This document shows, in pieces, positions 27,801 to 50,816 of a DNA stretch of 64,000 nucleotides. The DNA is from Tubulanus polymorphus (taxonomy: Eukaryota; Animalia; Nemertea), in assembly GCF_964204645.1 (NCBI RefSeq), contig NC_134031.1:16107807-16171806 (forward strand). The letters run 5' to 3'. Numbering within the stretch: position 1 is the first letter of the stretch; the number at the start of each line of letters is the position of its first letter. Position numbers and translations under genes: made by a program. The notes under the pieces are model-generated. The model saw only the letters and a list, made by a program, of their open reading frames with translations, did no database searches and was not told the origin of the DNA.

Positions 27801-30800
27801 ATCATCCATCGAGCACATTCCTAAAATCACAAATGTTTCAAATCCATTAATTTTCAAGTACAGCAGTCTCTTAATCACTTTAAACAAGATTTTCATTGAA
27901 ATCACAGGGGCTAGTCACAATCAAGCGGGGGTCTAAAATAAATGCTAAAGCATCCTAAGAACCACCTAGGCTATTACGAATAAGAAATAGGTGGTAACTA
28001 CGAAAGCTACCACCCCAAGCTTAATAATAATAATGATATATTTCCTTATATAGCACATATCTATACAACAATCGATGCGCTTCACAATATAGGCCTAAAA
28101 CACAGTACAGAGAAATTGTTAAAATGACCAAGTATACATGCATAATAAAACAATACAGAGGTTTTTTTTTAAAAAAAACATTCATTTTAAAAAATGAAAC
28201 AGAAGCCTCAGAGTCAATTTCTTTTTGATTTCACAATCAAGTCTCACCTGATTGTACACATTGCTCCATCACTCTCATTACGGCGCAATATTCAGCTGTT
28301 TTGCGAGGATCTGATGAAATACCAGTTATCCAAACGTCGCCGATTTCTTCGGTCGCAATAGGCAACAACGATTTGTACGGAGCCAACGCTGCAAAGAAAT
28401 CGCCCATGGTTGACGCAACGATTTTCGCGTTTGGAAATTCTGCACGCAAAATCTCGTGGTACCCCAAAATCTCCTGAAATAACAAAAGTTGAGAAGTTTC
28501 AGGGATCTACAGATCAGTCATTCCAGGATAAAAGGAGTTTTCAAGTTTTAAAGGAGAAAATTTCAAGGTGAGTCAACATTACTTTAATTCATATCCCAAT
28601 TACTGTAGATTCCTCCAAAATCAGTACTGTTTATCTCAGTGAACCACTAATTCAGTGGTTTTGTAAGCAATCTTTTATCCTTTACGCTAGGTCTACCTAA
28701 ACTCAGTTTCTAATTCTGTAACCGCCTAATTGGGTAAAAAGATGTATCGATTCAGGGGAAGTCCATTTTACAACTACAAACACAAATTTTTAATTGCCTA
28801 TTTCTAACAATTTTAAGGAGTTTCAGGCATTTTGTTCGAATCAAAGGTGTATCAAGCAATTCAAAGGCATTCTCCATTTTCAATGAGTTTTTAAGGAATC
28901 AAGGAGTCGTACTAGGGACCCTGTATTTTTAGAACCCGAAAATATGTTCAAATGCATCGATGAAATCGCTCTATGATCTCATAAACTCACAGCCACACTC
29001 CCTGGTGGTCCACTGTTGTCCGTTCTAAAGGCAAAACAGAGAGCTTCAGGAAAACCATCGACCCAGTGACAATCATCCACTGATAACCCAGAAGGCGCAG
29101 CGGGATAAGGTCCAGGATTATTTGGATAACCACCTACAAATGAAAGCAGATAAGAATGAAAAAACTTTAATAGAACAATAGCTAATTTCACACTATTCTT
29201 TAGTGAAAAGCAGTTTTTATTAAATAATGTATATGTAACTGTTTGAGAAATGCTCTATTGCCTTTGGTCTTAAGTTATCTGGAGACTTTTTCCGGAATCC
29301 CTACATGTATTTCTATTTGCTTACCTTTGTGAATGACCGCTAATATTTCAGCACCGTTGTACCTCCAGATAAATGGAGTCGGTCCTGCGAAGTCGGTCGG
29401 CGGAGAACCGGGATTTATACCGATCGAAATAGCTTGAATATCGCTCTTTACCAGGTATGGAATGACCGCTTTCGTCGTACCTGAACCAAAAACGATACGC
29501 AGATTTTAAAATCAAATCAAAACTTCTCTCGGAAATTCTTGGGAAAAACTTCTTAGAGGCAAACACTACCTGGGACATCGCGTTGACTGACGGCGCGTGC
29601 TTTCCTACGAATTCCGAACCGGTCGTCCAAACGTCTGCTGACGTTCAAAGCCGATTCCACGAATAAACCATTACCATTCTCAAACTGCATATTCATCGGG
29701 CCGGCGTGCCAGGTAATAGCACCCTCTCTGATCGCATTCTCAAAGCTTTTCACCTGCGTCGCATTTGGGCACTGTAGAAACATTATAAAACGCTAATTTT
29801 CAGAATATAAGAATCAATCAGCAGTAATTAAAACGACAACCCAAATAAAATGGTGTTAGCTAAATCAAGCATAAATTGTAGTTTCACTTATGCCCTCATC
29901 CACAAATGCACTGGAGCCCTGCAGCAGATTGTGGCTGGGTTGGGTTTAGCGTCGCTCAAGGTCCTTGTCATGAAAAAAATTATGACAAGCCCCTGTGTGG
30001 GTATGAGCCTCATCTTTTGTTTATGACATGCTAACTATCAAGCAGTGCGTGGCAATCGAGGATTCCACTTATGGCAGGTGAGGATCCACCAGGTGCGCTA
30101 GTGGTTACTCGGTTACCGCGCTGCAATTTCTTCGACATCTGCATTAAATTCGAATCAACTTTTCTCATCGACCAATCAATTTTCAGTAAAACTATACCAT
30201 ACACTCATTGGGGACGCCTATTTTTTGATGATGACTTGTTTTACAAAATTTCCATTTGGGAGCCAAAAAGTCCAGTTGAAAGTTCATTGATAATGAACTA
30301 ATTTTCACTACGTATAAATGAGTGTATTATTACGCTATCTGGTGTGCGCCGGTACCCCATTATTCTAAGAAGCATGATGGTGGATTATACCTTTATATCA
30401 ATTCCTGATATGGTCAGATCTTTCGGGCAGTCTAAATATAAACTGACGAGCCATGGGTGAGTGGTGTAAGTGAATTTCTCCACGTAACCTTGTTTTATCA
30501 AGAGATCGTGAGTGCTGATCGCGCGAGGAAAGTAGACGGAGAAATAACCGTTGACTACTTCGAGCAGGTATCCGAATCCACCAGGAATCCAATAACCAAC
30601 ATCTGAAATCAAGGATAGCAAATTATACACATAATCTGGCAATTGTCAAGGAATTTTTATGATCGAATTATGAAGCTATTCTCTTCTTACCTAAGTGGTT
30701 CATGTAGATCAAATGGACTTTCGTTACATGGTTGTGAAGTTGTTGCTGGTTTGAATCAACCTAAAAAATTTGAAATTTGATTACATTATCCAAACAATTA

Positions 30801-31305
30801 TCAGTCCCCACTAGATTTTAATGATCTAATTAGAAACATTTCTGTAGAATATGAATTTGATATGAGTAATTACGACATTAAATGAAAACGGCAACCCAAA
30901 TAAAATGGTGTTAGCTAAACCAAGGTATTAATTGTACAGTTTCACTTAAGCCCACATCTACGAATGCACTGGAGCCCTGCGGCAGATTTTGGCTGGGTTG
31001 GGTTTAGTGTCGCCCAAGGTCCTTGCCATGTGGGAATGAGCCCCATCCATCTTTTGTTTAGAGGTGCCAAACTAGAAGACCATTCTTGCCCTTGTTTGTG
31101 TGTTGGTTACCAATCTCCACAAAAATGTCAGTCAGGTCAAAAAGTTGCAATAATCTTTTTTTAGTTCGTTCTTCTTCCTCTGGGGATTTTTGGGTACCCC
31201 TGGTCCCTGTCTCAAATAATAATCAAAGATTGCAGCGTTTACCTGAGAAAAACAGAACAAAACGACAAAAATTTGGACAAGAATCTGTTTGTTGGTTCCT
31301 GCCAT
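24805..31305 (-). CDS. Secreted DUF5054 / glycoside hydrolase family 38-like protein (multi-exon)
   Basis: Signal-peptide exon MAGTNKQILVQIFVVLFCFSQ (31243-31305), then KVHLIYMNHLDVGY, YFPRAI, FTYTTHPWLVSLYL, GAITWHAGPMN, SQRDVPG, DNSGPP, EEIGDVWITGISSDPRK, EHTWG and C-terminal YNIYNNAWSTNYITWYP, matching recalled DUF5054 proteins. Confidence 0.8.
25213..25570. repeat. Tandem duplication of about 180 bp in an intron
   Basis: Two diverged copies beginning ACAGAATTTGCTTAAT / GTAGAATTTGCTTAAT. Confidence 0.75.
26346..26473. mobile_element. Short palindromic MITE (GGGCCAGTTGCTCAAAAG TIR family)
   Basis: GGGCCAGTTGCTCAAAGGTTGG ... CCAACTTTTGAGCAACTGACCC; relatives at about 40940-41062 and 45503-45725. 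Confidence 0.7.
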
Positions 31306-31781
31306 TTTCTGAGATCATATGATTTTATAATGATAACATAAACATTGCGCAATGCACAGGAAGTTCACCACACGACCTTGACTCTTATTTCGGTGACACC
31401 TATCCACATTTTGACATTTACTTCCTGATTGTGGAAATACTGCATATGAGTTAAACTGCAGCGTCCCGTGAGAGGACCCGGGCCTGTGACGGGACATGGG
31501 TCCTCTCACGGGACAAATGTAGAATTCTTACATGAAACGTCGATTCCAATGCTAGCGGTTTCGAGTCCCAATATTCTTATGTATTCTGCCTATAACGATT
31601 ATGAATAAATAAATTCAACTATCGATTGTAATTATTACATTTTCCATTTTGATTTCATTTATAAATACATAAAGGCCTACCGAAAAATTCTAATTTACTG
31701 CAGGGCCAGGGGGACAATAGGGGATGTGAATGCACGTTTTTCACGCAGGATTTTACAACGGAACCCGCGATTCAAGTTACC

Positions 31782-32778
31782 GTCCCGTGAGAGGTCCCGA
31801 TTCAAGACAATGTCCCGTGAGAGGACCCGATTTTAAATACTGTCCCGTGAGAGGACCCGGTTCAACACACTGTCCCGTGAGAGGACCCGATTTTAAATAC
31901 TGTCCCGTGAGAGGACCCGGTTCAACACACTGTCCCGTGAGAGGACCCGATTTTAAATACTGTCCCGTGAGAGGACCCGGTTCAACACACTGTCCCGTGA
32001 GAGGACCCGATTTTAAATACTGTCCCGTGAGAGGACCCGATTCAACACATTGTCCCGTGAGAGGACCCGGTTCAACACACTGTCCCGTGAGAGCACCCGA
32101 TTTTAAATACTGTCCCGTGAGAGGACCCGATTCAACACACTGTCCCGTGAGAGGACCCGATTTTAAATACTGTCCCGTGAGAGGACCCGGTTCAACACAC
32201 TGTCCCGTGAGAGGACCCGATTCAACACACTGTCCCGTGAGAGGACCCGATTTTAAATACTGTCCCGTGAGAGGACCCGGTTCAACACACTGTCCCGTGA
32301 GAGGACCCGATTTTAAATACTGTCCTGTGAGAGGACCCGATTCAACACACTGTCCCGTGAGAGGACCCGATTCAACACACTGTCCCGTGAGAGGACCCGA
32401 TTCAACACACTGTCCCGTGAGAGGACCCGATTTTAAATACTGTCCCGTGAGAGGACCCGATTCTAAATACTGTCCCGTGAGAGGACCCGATTTTAAATAC
32501 TGTCCCGTGAGAGGACCCGGTTCAACACACTGTCCCGTGAGAGGACCCGATTTTAAATACTGTCCCGTGAGAGGACCCGATTTTAAATACTGTCCCGTGA
32601 GAGGACCCGAATCAACACACTGTCCCGTGAGAGGACCCGATTTTAAATACTGTCCCGTGAGAGGACCCGATTCAACACACTGTCCCGTGAGAGGACCCGA
32701 TTCAACACACTGTCCCGTGAGAGGACCCGATTCAACACATTGTCCCGTGAGAGGACCCGATTTTAAATACTGTCCCGT
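31782..32778 (+). repeat. 30-bp tandem array (about 33 units): TGTCCCGTGAGAGGACCCGR + TTTTAAATAC or TTCAACACAC
   Basis: Directly visible 30-nt periodicity. Confidence 0.97.
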
Positions 32779-33310
32779 CTATCCGGAATTGGGAAACATT
32801 GCGGAAGAGTAAAAGGGGAAATATGAAAGAATTGATGATAACCTTTTTTACCGTGTAAAGTAATAATTGATAATTAAATGATAAGAAATAATTTAGTTTG
32901 GCGACAAAGATTAAGTAACCTAAAATGCTAAATTGATTTCGAATTCCAACGTATGTTGTTTATGTTCAAATATGAATAATATAGTCTTCGAATGTAATAT
33001 GGTTTACAGATTTTGATAAATAAATAACTGAACATAATTTCACATATATACGATTTGTTTTATGTTTTAAGGGGACATAGCCAATTTGGCTTTTAGTACG
33101 TACATCCAGCCATCATTGTACGCATATTGTTGAAATAATAATTTCTTGTTGTAATTTTTATACATGGCAAAAATACATTATCATTATGAACATGGGACTC
33201 AACATTGACAAAGTGGACAATTTCATTAGGTCTACCAATCGTAGATCAGTGGATCCAGCCAACGGACGGCGAAGGACTCAAGTAACTAAATCGGGGCCGG
33301 GTAGAAACCT

Positions 33311-34610
33311 GTCCTCTCACGGGACAGTATTTAAAATCGGGTCTTCTCACGAGACAGTATTTAAAATCGGGTCTTCTCACGGGACAGTATTTAAAATCGG
33401 GTCCTCTCACGGGACAGTGTGTTGAACCGGGTCCTCTCACGGGAGAGTGTGTTGAATCGGGTCCTCTCACGGGACAGTGTGTTGAATCGGGCCCTCTCAC
33501 GGGACAGTGTGTTGAACCGGGTCCTCTCACGGGACAGTATTTAAAATCGGGTTCCTTCGCGGGACAGTATTTAAAATAGGGTCCTCTCACGGGAGAGTGT
33601 GTTGAACCGTCTCCTCTCACGGGACAGTGTGTTGAACCGGGTCCTCTCACGTGACAGCAAGTTGATTCGGGTCCTCTCACGAGACATTATTTGAAACCGG
33701 GTCCTCTCACGGGACATTATTCAAAATCGGGTCTTTTCACGGGACAGTAAGTTGAATCGGTTCCTCCCACGGGACAGTGTGTTGAACCGGGTCCTCTCAC
33801 GGGACGGCAAGTTGATTCGGGTCCTCTCACGAGACATTATTTGAAACCGGTCCCTCTCACAGGACAGTATTGAAAATCGGGTCCTCTCACGGGACAGTGT
33901 GTTGAATCGGGCCCTCTCACGGGACATTATTTGAAACCAGGCCCTCTCACGGGACAGCAAGTTGAATCGGGTCCTCTCACAGGACAGTATTTAAAATCGG
34001 GTCCTCTGACGGGACAGTGTGTTGAATCGGGCCCTCTCACGAGACATTATTTGAAACCGGGCCTTCTCACGGGACAGTATTCAAAATCGGGTCCTCTCAC
34101 GGGACAGTATTCAAAATCGGGTCCTCTCACGGCACAGTATTTAAAATCGGGTCCTCTCACGGGACAGTATGTGAAATCGGGTCCTCTCACGGGACAGCGT
34201 GTTGAATCGGGTCCTCTCACGGGACAGTATTTAAAATCGGATCCTCTCACGGGACAGTGTGTTGAACCGGGTCCTCTCACGGGACAGTGTGTTGAACCGG
34301 GTCCTCTCACGGGACAGTATTTAAAATCGGGTTCCTACTCGGGACAGTATTCAAAATAGGGTCCTCTCACGGGAGAGTGTGTTGAACCGGGTCCTCTCAC
34401 GGGACAGTGTGTTGATTCGGGTCCTCTCACGGGACAGTGTGTTGAACCAGGTCCTCTCACGGGACAGTGTGTTGAATCGGGCCCTCTCACGGGACAGTGT
34501 GTTGAACCGGGTCCTCTCACGGGACAGTATTTGAAATCGGGTCCTCTCACGGGACAGTAAGTTGAATCGGGTCTTCTCACGGGACAGTGTGTTGAATCGG
34601 GTCCTCTCAC
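33311..34610 (-). repeat. 30-bp tandem array (about 43 units), reverse complement of the left array and more diverged
   Basis: GGTCCTCTCACGGGACAGT(ATTTAAAATC/GTGTTGAATC) units. Confidence 0.97.
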
Positions 34611-35335
34611 TTTGAATTCTCTCTCGAGAGTGATCTAGGGCCATTAAGTTGCCCCCTCCACTTTTACTTTTGTTTGCAGTGTAACGCTTAACAAACGGTT
34701 ACTAACACCATTGGCACCAAAATTGTCAAGATACATTCACTTTATTTTCGATTAGTATGAGTCAGTCTATACACTAAAAATTGAAATTTCGATAGCTGTG
34801 GTTCTGTCTTCTCTTGATCCGATCTTCATTATTACATTTAATGTTTCGATTTGATGATATCATTGATCTGAAATAATAAAATTACGAACAAATTTCGATT
34901 ATTAACATGTTCTTAACATTATTTTGAGTGTATATAGTAACCAATCGAGTGCAGTTTCTTTCGACATTTCGTCTATGAAATGCAAAGTTTTCATTTTCCA
35001 TCGGGACCTGTGACGGGACAAGGATGTCCCGTCACAGGCCCCAGGTCCTCTCACGGGACATGCTGCATAGCTGCAGTTTAACCTGTTTCAAATACTGGAC
35101 ATTTTTCCCGGATATATCTGACGAATATCGATATGACAGCAGTCAGAGTGTGTCAGTTTCATTCATTTGGGTTGCTTTCTTAATCTTTGTAAGTAATAGC
35201 GTTTTCAGAAGTCTTTTTTTCAGCAGTTTGATGACTAAAAGTATTTTTGTAACTTATTCATAAAAAAAATGAGAGGGTATCAAAGTTTTGCAAAACACTT
35301 TCTATGGTCTTTCTATTATATATGGTGTCTGATAA

Positions 35336-35760
35336 GGGCCAAATACAATAATTTTCACACGATCTTGATTATAGAAAAACACAAAACGAAACTACAGTAA
35401 TAGGGCGAAAACAAACTTTTCGTTTTTGCTATAGGGCGCAAAAACGAATTTTACCGCGCAAAAACGAAATATTATAGAGCAAAAACGAAAATATTTGTTT
35501 TTGCTCTATGATTTTTTGTTTTTGTGCCATGAAATTCGTTTTTGCGCCCTAGAAAAAATGAACTTTCGTTTTTGCTCTATTGAATTATCTTCATATGACC
35601 TCGACTATAGAAAAACGCAAAACGAAACTTATGGAGCAAAAAGGATGGCGCAAAAACGAAAAATCATAGAGCAAAAACGAATATTTTCGTTTTATTGCTC
35701 TAGGCCTATGATATTTCGTTTTTACGCGTTAAAATTCGTTTTTGCGTTTGTAATAGGCCT
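35336..35760. mobile_element. MITE-like element with internal CAAAAACGAAA motifs in both orientations
   Basis: Imperfect termini GGGCCAAATACAA / TTGTAATAGGCCT and many AAAACGAAA / TTTCGTTTT motifs. Confidence 0.55.
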
Positions 35761-35977
35761 TTTGGCATTGATTGACTCATCATAAGAGTTGCATTGTTCT
35801 CACTTTCACACCGTCGAACTAGGTTAATTCCATGAATTATTGAAAAAAAGAGTTGCCAATTAACTTCCTAGTTCGACACTTTTAACCCCGGTACGTATTA
35901 ACCATGATGAGAGATTTCACTTCCTTGTTTTTATTTTTCTTTTCGCATTTCAGCGGCGCTATCGTAGAATTCCGAAA

Positions 35978-44044
<8,067 letters not shown>

Positions 44045-46377
44045 GGAAAATCGTTTCGTTTTTATGATGACTGCATACATGAATTTACGTGTCACTTTAA
44101 TATCCGGTGTATTTACTTCCTATTTTAGTTGAATTCTTTATGTTTTAATTTACTATTTCGTCTCTCCCTTTAAACTTTGAAAAAGTTTTGTTTTGAAAAT
44201 GTTTTTTTTTTTTATTTAGCGGGCGTATGCGTGTACGTGCGTATGTTTGCGTGCACTGAAATAGATAATGCCTGAATGGTCTAGCAGTGGTTCATCGATA
44301 TATACCATAGTTTTGAAAGCTGTATTGGTGCTATAATTCATGACGCAGTATTCTATGTGTATTTTCCATCGGAATTTAAAAGCTTTATTATATTTCAGAC
44401 TCCATCCATTCCTTCCCCTGCTTAAAGCACTATTTTATAGTAGTATTCTTTAGTTGAATCCGCTCTAAATTTCGTTCAATTCATAGACTGCTGATTGTTT
44501 ATGTTTAATGTGTAAAAAAAAACATGAGGGCACCATTCATTTATTACGTATGAGCATTGGAGGAAGGGGGGGTAATCGATATGTCTGCTGTGCACAAGTC
44601 TGTACGGGGAAGGGGGTCAAATGATATGTTGTACGAGGGATTTCTGTGACAACTAACAACCGATACAGGGATCGGATTCGAAAGTTGATACCCCAAAAAC
44701 TAATAATTACTAATGATACTCGGCGCTACCGATCTAATATCAATATAGAATATACCATGAAACCATGCAATGTGCATCTGTTTAAAGCTGGAAATACTTA
44801 TCATTAACGAGGTAATTCCAAAGGTAAAAGTTTATGCAGGGGGTGGCTCTAAATGAACGTATGCTTGTGTACAGGGGGTTGAAAAATCGAAATTCTATGC
44901 GTACGTAATAAATGAATTGTCCCTAGATAAGTTTACTAACACCAGTAATTAAGAAGTAAAGATCATGACGTTCTGTTATTTGTAAAAAAAAGTCATTCAG
45001 ATTCCGTAGATGATTTTCATGTTGATTTTCGATGTTTTCGTGTACTGATGATAAGGTCATTTTTAACCGAGTGTCATTTTAAAGTTTGAAAAGATAATAA
45101 CTCGTTAAAAGAATTTTTATTCTAAGTGAATAAGCGATTGTAGATTATGTTTTAATTCATGAGATTTTAGTTGTGTCATAATCGAGAGTAATGGATATAT
45201 CTATAGATGTCGACATTTAACCGATACAGATTTGATACCGGTAATTCCTCACTAAATGAAGTGATTGATACAATTATGTGATCACGTTATTGGTGCTAAG
45301 TATGCATAAAATACTTTTTAGATTTAAACTGTGTATATTTTTAGAAACTTGTTGGTGCAATCGAGAAATAAATATTGTACTTAAGTAATATTTGATAAAA
45401 AAAGATTTACATGCATCTTAATTGGTATGTTTCGTGCATCTACTGATGGTTTAGGCTTGCGATCTTCAAGTCCAGATCTTTGGGGAACTTATTGTACACC
45501 AGGAGCCAGTTGCTCAAAAGTTGGTTAAAGACAAACGCCAGGGTCCAGTTCCACAGAGTAAAGATTTGACAGAGTTAACTCATTGAAAATGAACTAACTT
45601 AAACTCAGAGTTTACTCTAACTTACAACTGTGGTACTTGGTCCTGATAAATACCATCATAACAATGAACTTTTGTCTCAATGACAACTATCTACTGGTTA
45701 ACTCTAACTTTTGAGCAACTGGCTCCTAGTAGTTCATTTACTGTTCCCCAAGGCAGGTTATCTCTTACTTCAGTCCATGATACTGTCTTTACTAGAAGAA
45801 AGCGCTCACTGATGAAGCCACAACAAGACTGGTAAAAGTTGACAAGATTGACTGGATTGACCTTACAAATGAAATAAAGATACCAAAATTTGTATATTAC
45901 TAATTAACTTCTATTGGAATGTACATACATTTATAACACAAAGCACATCAATAAGCCCTATTTACATAATAACCAATTATTACATGGATTGCATTTAACT
46001 GAATGAGGGATTTTTAGGAATGGTTTTACCAGTACATGAAATTACATTCTTGGAAATTTTAAATGATGCAAGTCATGTTTAATAATTCTAACCCTTTTGT
46101 ATAAAACATTCAATTAAAATTGAACATTGCTGAAGTAAAGCATAGATCAAATGACACTTGAGCTTTACCTATCATTTCAAATAAAAAGTTACATCAAAGC
46201 CTATTCTCTATTTTGATTGGAAACAATCAAGTAATTCTCACACATCCTAACATTCACAGCTCAGGATAATTCAACCAGACAAAGTTTTAGAATCACACAC
46301 TTTCATGAAAAGCACCATAGTTTAATACGAATCAAGATATCATATTTTTGATCATTTGAACGGCTCCAATGGAAAGT

Positions 46378-47589
46378 CTATTTCGGTGGTCCTGGCGATG
46401 GTGGATCCAATAAAGCCTTGCGTCTGGCAGTTTCTCGCGATACATTATAATGCAGCTTTCCCAAACGTTCCTACAAGTATAAAATATCTGATAAATTCGA
46501 TTGAAATATGATTCGATTGAGGCGGGTGATATTTTGCCAATGCGGTATTATCCCTAATTCCTGACAATTCGTTCGGATTGGCTTATTTACACCATGCATG
46601 CACACCCAGGCTCACAACTTATAAAATTCAAGGAAAGTGTGGAGAACAGAGTTAGAAAAAATAGAGCAGTATTCGAACCCGGGCCAGCATATTGCCAGCG
46701 CAGCATCTTCCCTCTGGACCACCAAAGCTTATGGAATCCGACTGAATGTTTAAACTACATATAGCACTTAACCTTACCCTAACCATATCCCTGGCTGCAA
46801 AACAGATCCTAAACCTAACCCTCTGGACCCTCTTAACTCTAAACCTATCGAACCCCTAACCCTAAACCTAATAAAATGATTCCATTGTTATTCTTATTAG
46901 TATATCTTATTACACAAGGATGTCAGCAAAATAGTCTTTACTAAAATAATGCTGTGTCGGCGAAGTATCCACTTCCTTCAAATAAAATGAATTCAAGTTA
47001 TGTTTATACCTGTGCGTTTTGAAGAATATTATTGACTAGACTGACGCGTCTTCTGGCATTATTCAATTTTTTCACATATGGATCGAGGTCGATTGGAACT
47101 CCTTTAGCTTCAGATATACGACGTAAATCTATAAGAAAATGCAATCTTAACGAAGAAACTGGCCAGTGCACACAGTGATTGGGTGTATTTAATTTAATTA
47201 AGTTCATGAATTTAAGATTAACGACAGCAGAGAAGAGTGAAGAAAGGGGGCTGGAAGAACTGACCATCAGCTAAACTGTCAATCTGCTGACGCAACTCTA
47301 CTTGACTCTGCCTGAAACAAAGAGACAAAAAATACGACCATCTGTCAAAAAATTGTCAAATTAACCCACCGTCATGTGGCGCCACCTAGCATAACATTCT
47401 ACGTTTCATACCAGATTCGAGCGTCTACAAAACTAACCTGACCGATATAACCCTTTCATCGACTTCTTCCACAACTGGTTTCAATAATCCGATAAGTCCC
47501 TCGGCGATTGCTTCTTTATTTGATGCATCGAGCGGCTTTGAATCGCGATTTTGCAGCAAAGTACTCGCACTTCCTGGTACAGCGGCCAT
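46378..47589 (-). CDS. SNAPIN: SNARE-associated protein Snapin (BLOC-1 subunit 7), 4 exons
   Basis: MAAVPG...AIAEGLIGLLKPVVEEVDERVISVR / QSQVELRQQIDSLAD / DLRRISEAKGVPIDLDPYVKKLNNARRRVSLVNNILQNAQ / ERLGKLHYNVSRETARRKALLDP. Confidence 0.95.
46615..46870 (-). mobile_element. tRNA-derived SINE-like repeat followed by (TAACCC)-like repeats
   Basis: Matches 5520-5730 (AAATTCAAGGAAAGTGTGGAGAA...TTCGAACCCGGGCCA...CCTTACCCTAAC). Confidence 0.55.
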
Positions 47590-47869
47590 TTTGTTGGTTT
47601 TCCCCAAATTCGTTACTCGCATGCCACAACAGGAAACGCCACGGGAGACTCCAATCATAATCCGCTAAATCTTAAACGAAACATTGCCCCGGAATTAGTA
47701 TTTTAAAAAAACAAATTTAACTTTAAGAACTAAGAGGAACATCGAACTATAACATTTTTACACAATTTGAATCAAAATCTAGTGAAGTATGCCATATCTC
47801 TGCATAGATAAATCAGATAGGTGAATATTTTCATTCGGTAAAATTCATTAGTGAATTTGCCACTTCATA
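47590..47869. promoter_or_regulatory. Compact bidirectional promoter of SNAPIN and ALAD
   Basis: Divergent start codons are only about 280 bp apart. Confidence 0.7.

Positions 47870-50816
<2,947 letters not shown>

Larger units (their letters stand above)
31455..35077. mobile_element. 3.6-kb foldback-type non-autonomous DNA transposon with TTAA-flanked TIRs and two opposed 30-bp repeat arrays
   Basis: TTAA|ACTGCAGC-GTCCCGTGAGAGGACC..GGCCTGTGACGGGACAT at the left end mirrors ATGTCCCGTCACAGGCC..GGTCCTCTCACGGGACA..GCTGCAGT|TTAA at the right end. No transposase ORF is present. Confidence 0.75.

Noticed and set aside
31730-32812. 360-aa ORF of CPVRGP repeats, plus similar ORFs at 33246-34644
   Set aside because: A by-product of a 30-bp (multiple of 3) repeat inside a TIR element; no splice context or signal peptide, and the mirrored array is broken by stops.
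31782-34610. CRISPR-like repeat/spacer appearance
   Set aside because: The variable parts are only 10 nt and recur as two main alleles; there are no cas genes and the context is eukaryotic.
46800-46870. (TAACCC)-like telomeric repeats, also at about 63555-63585
   Set aside because: Short, degenerate and attached to dispersed repeats; not a telomere or fusion site.
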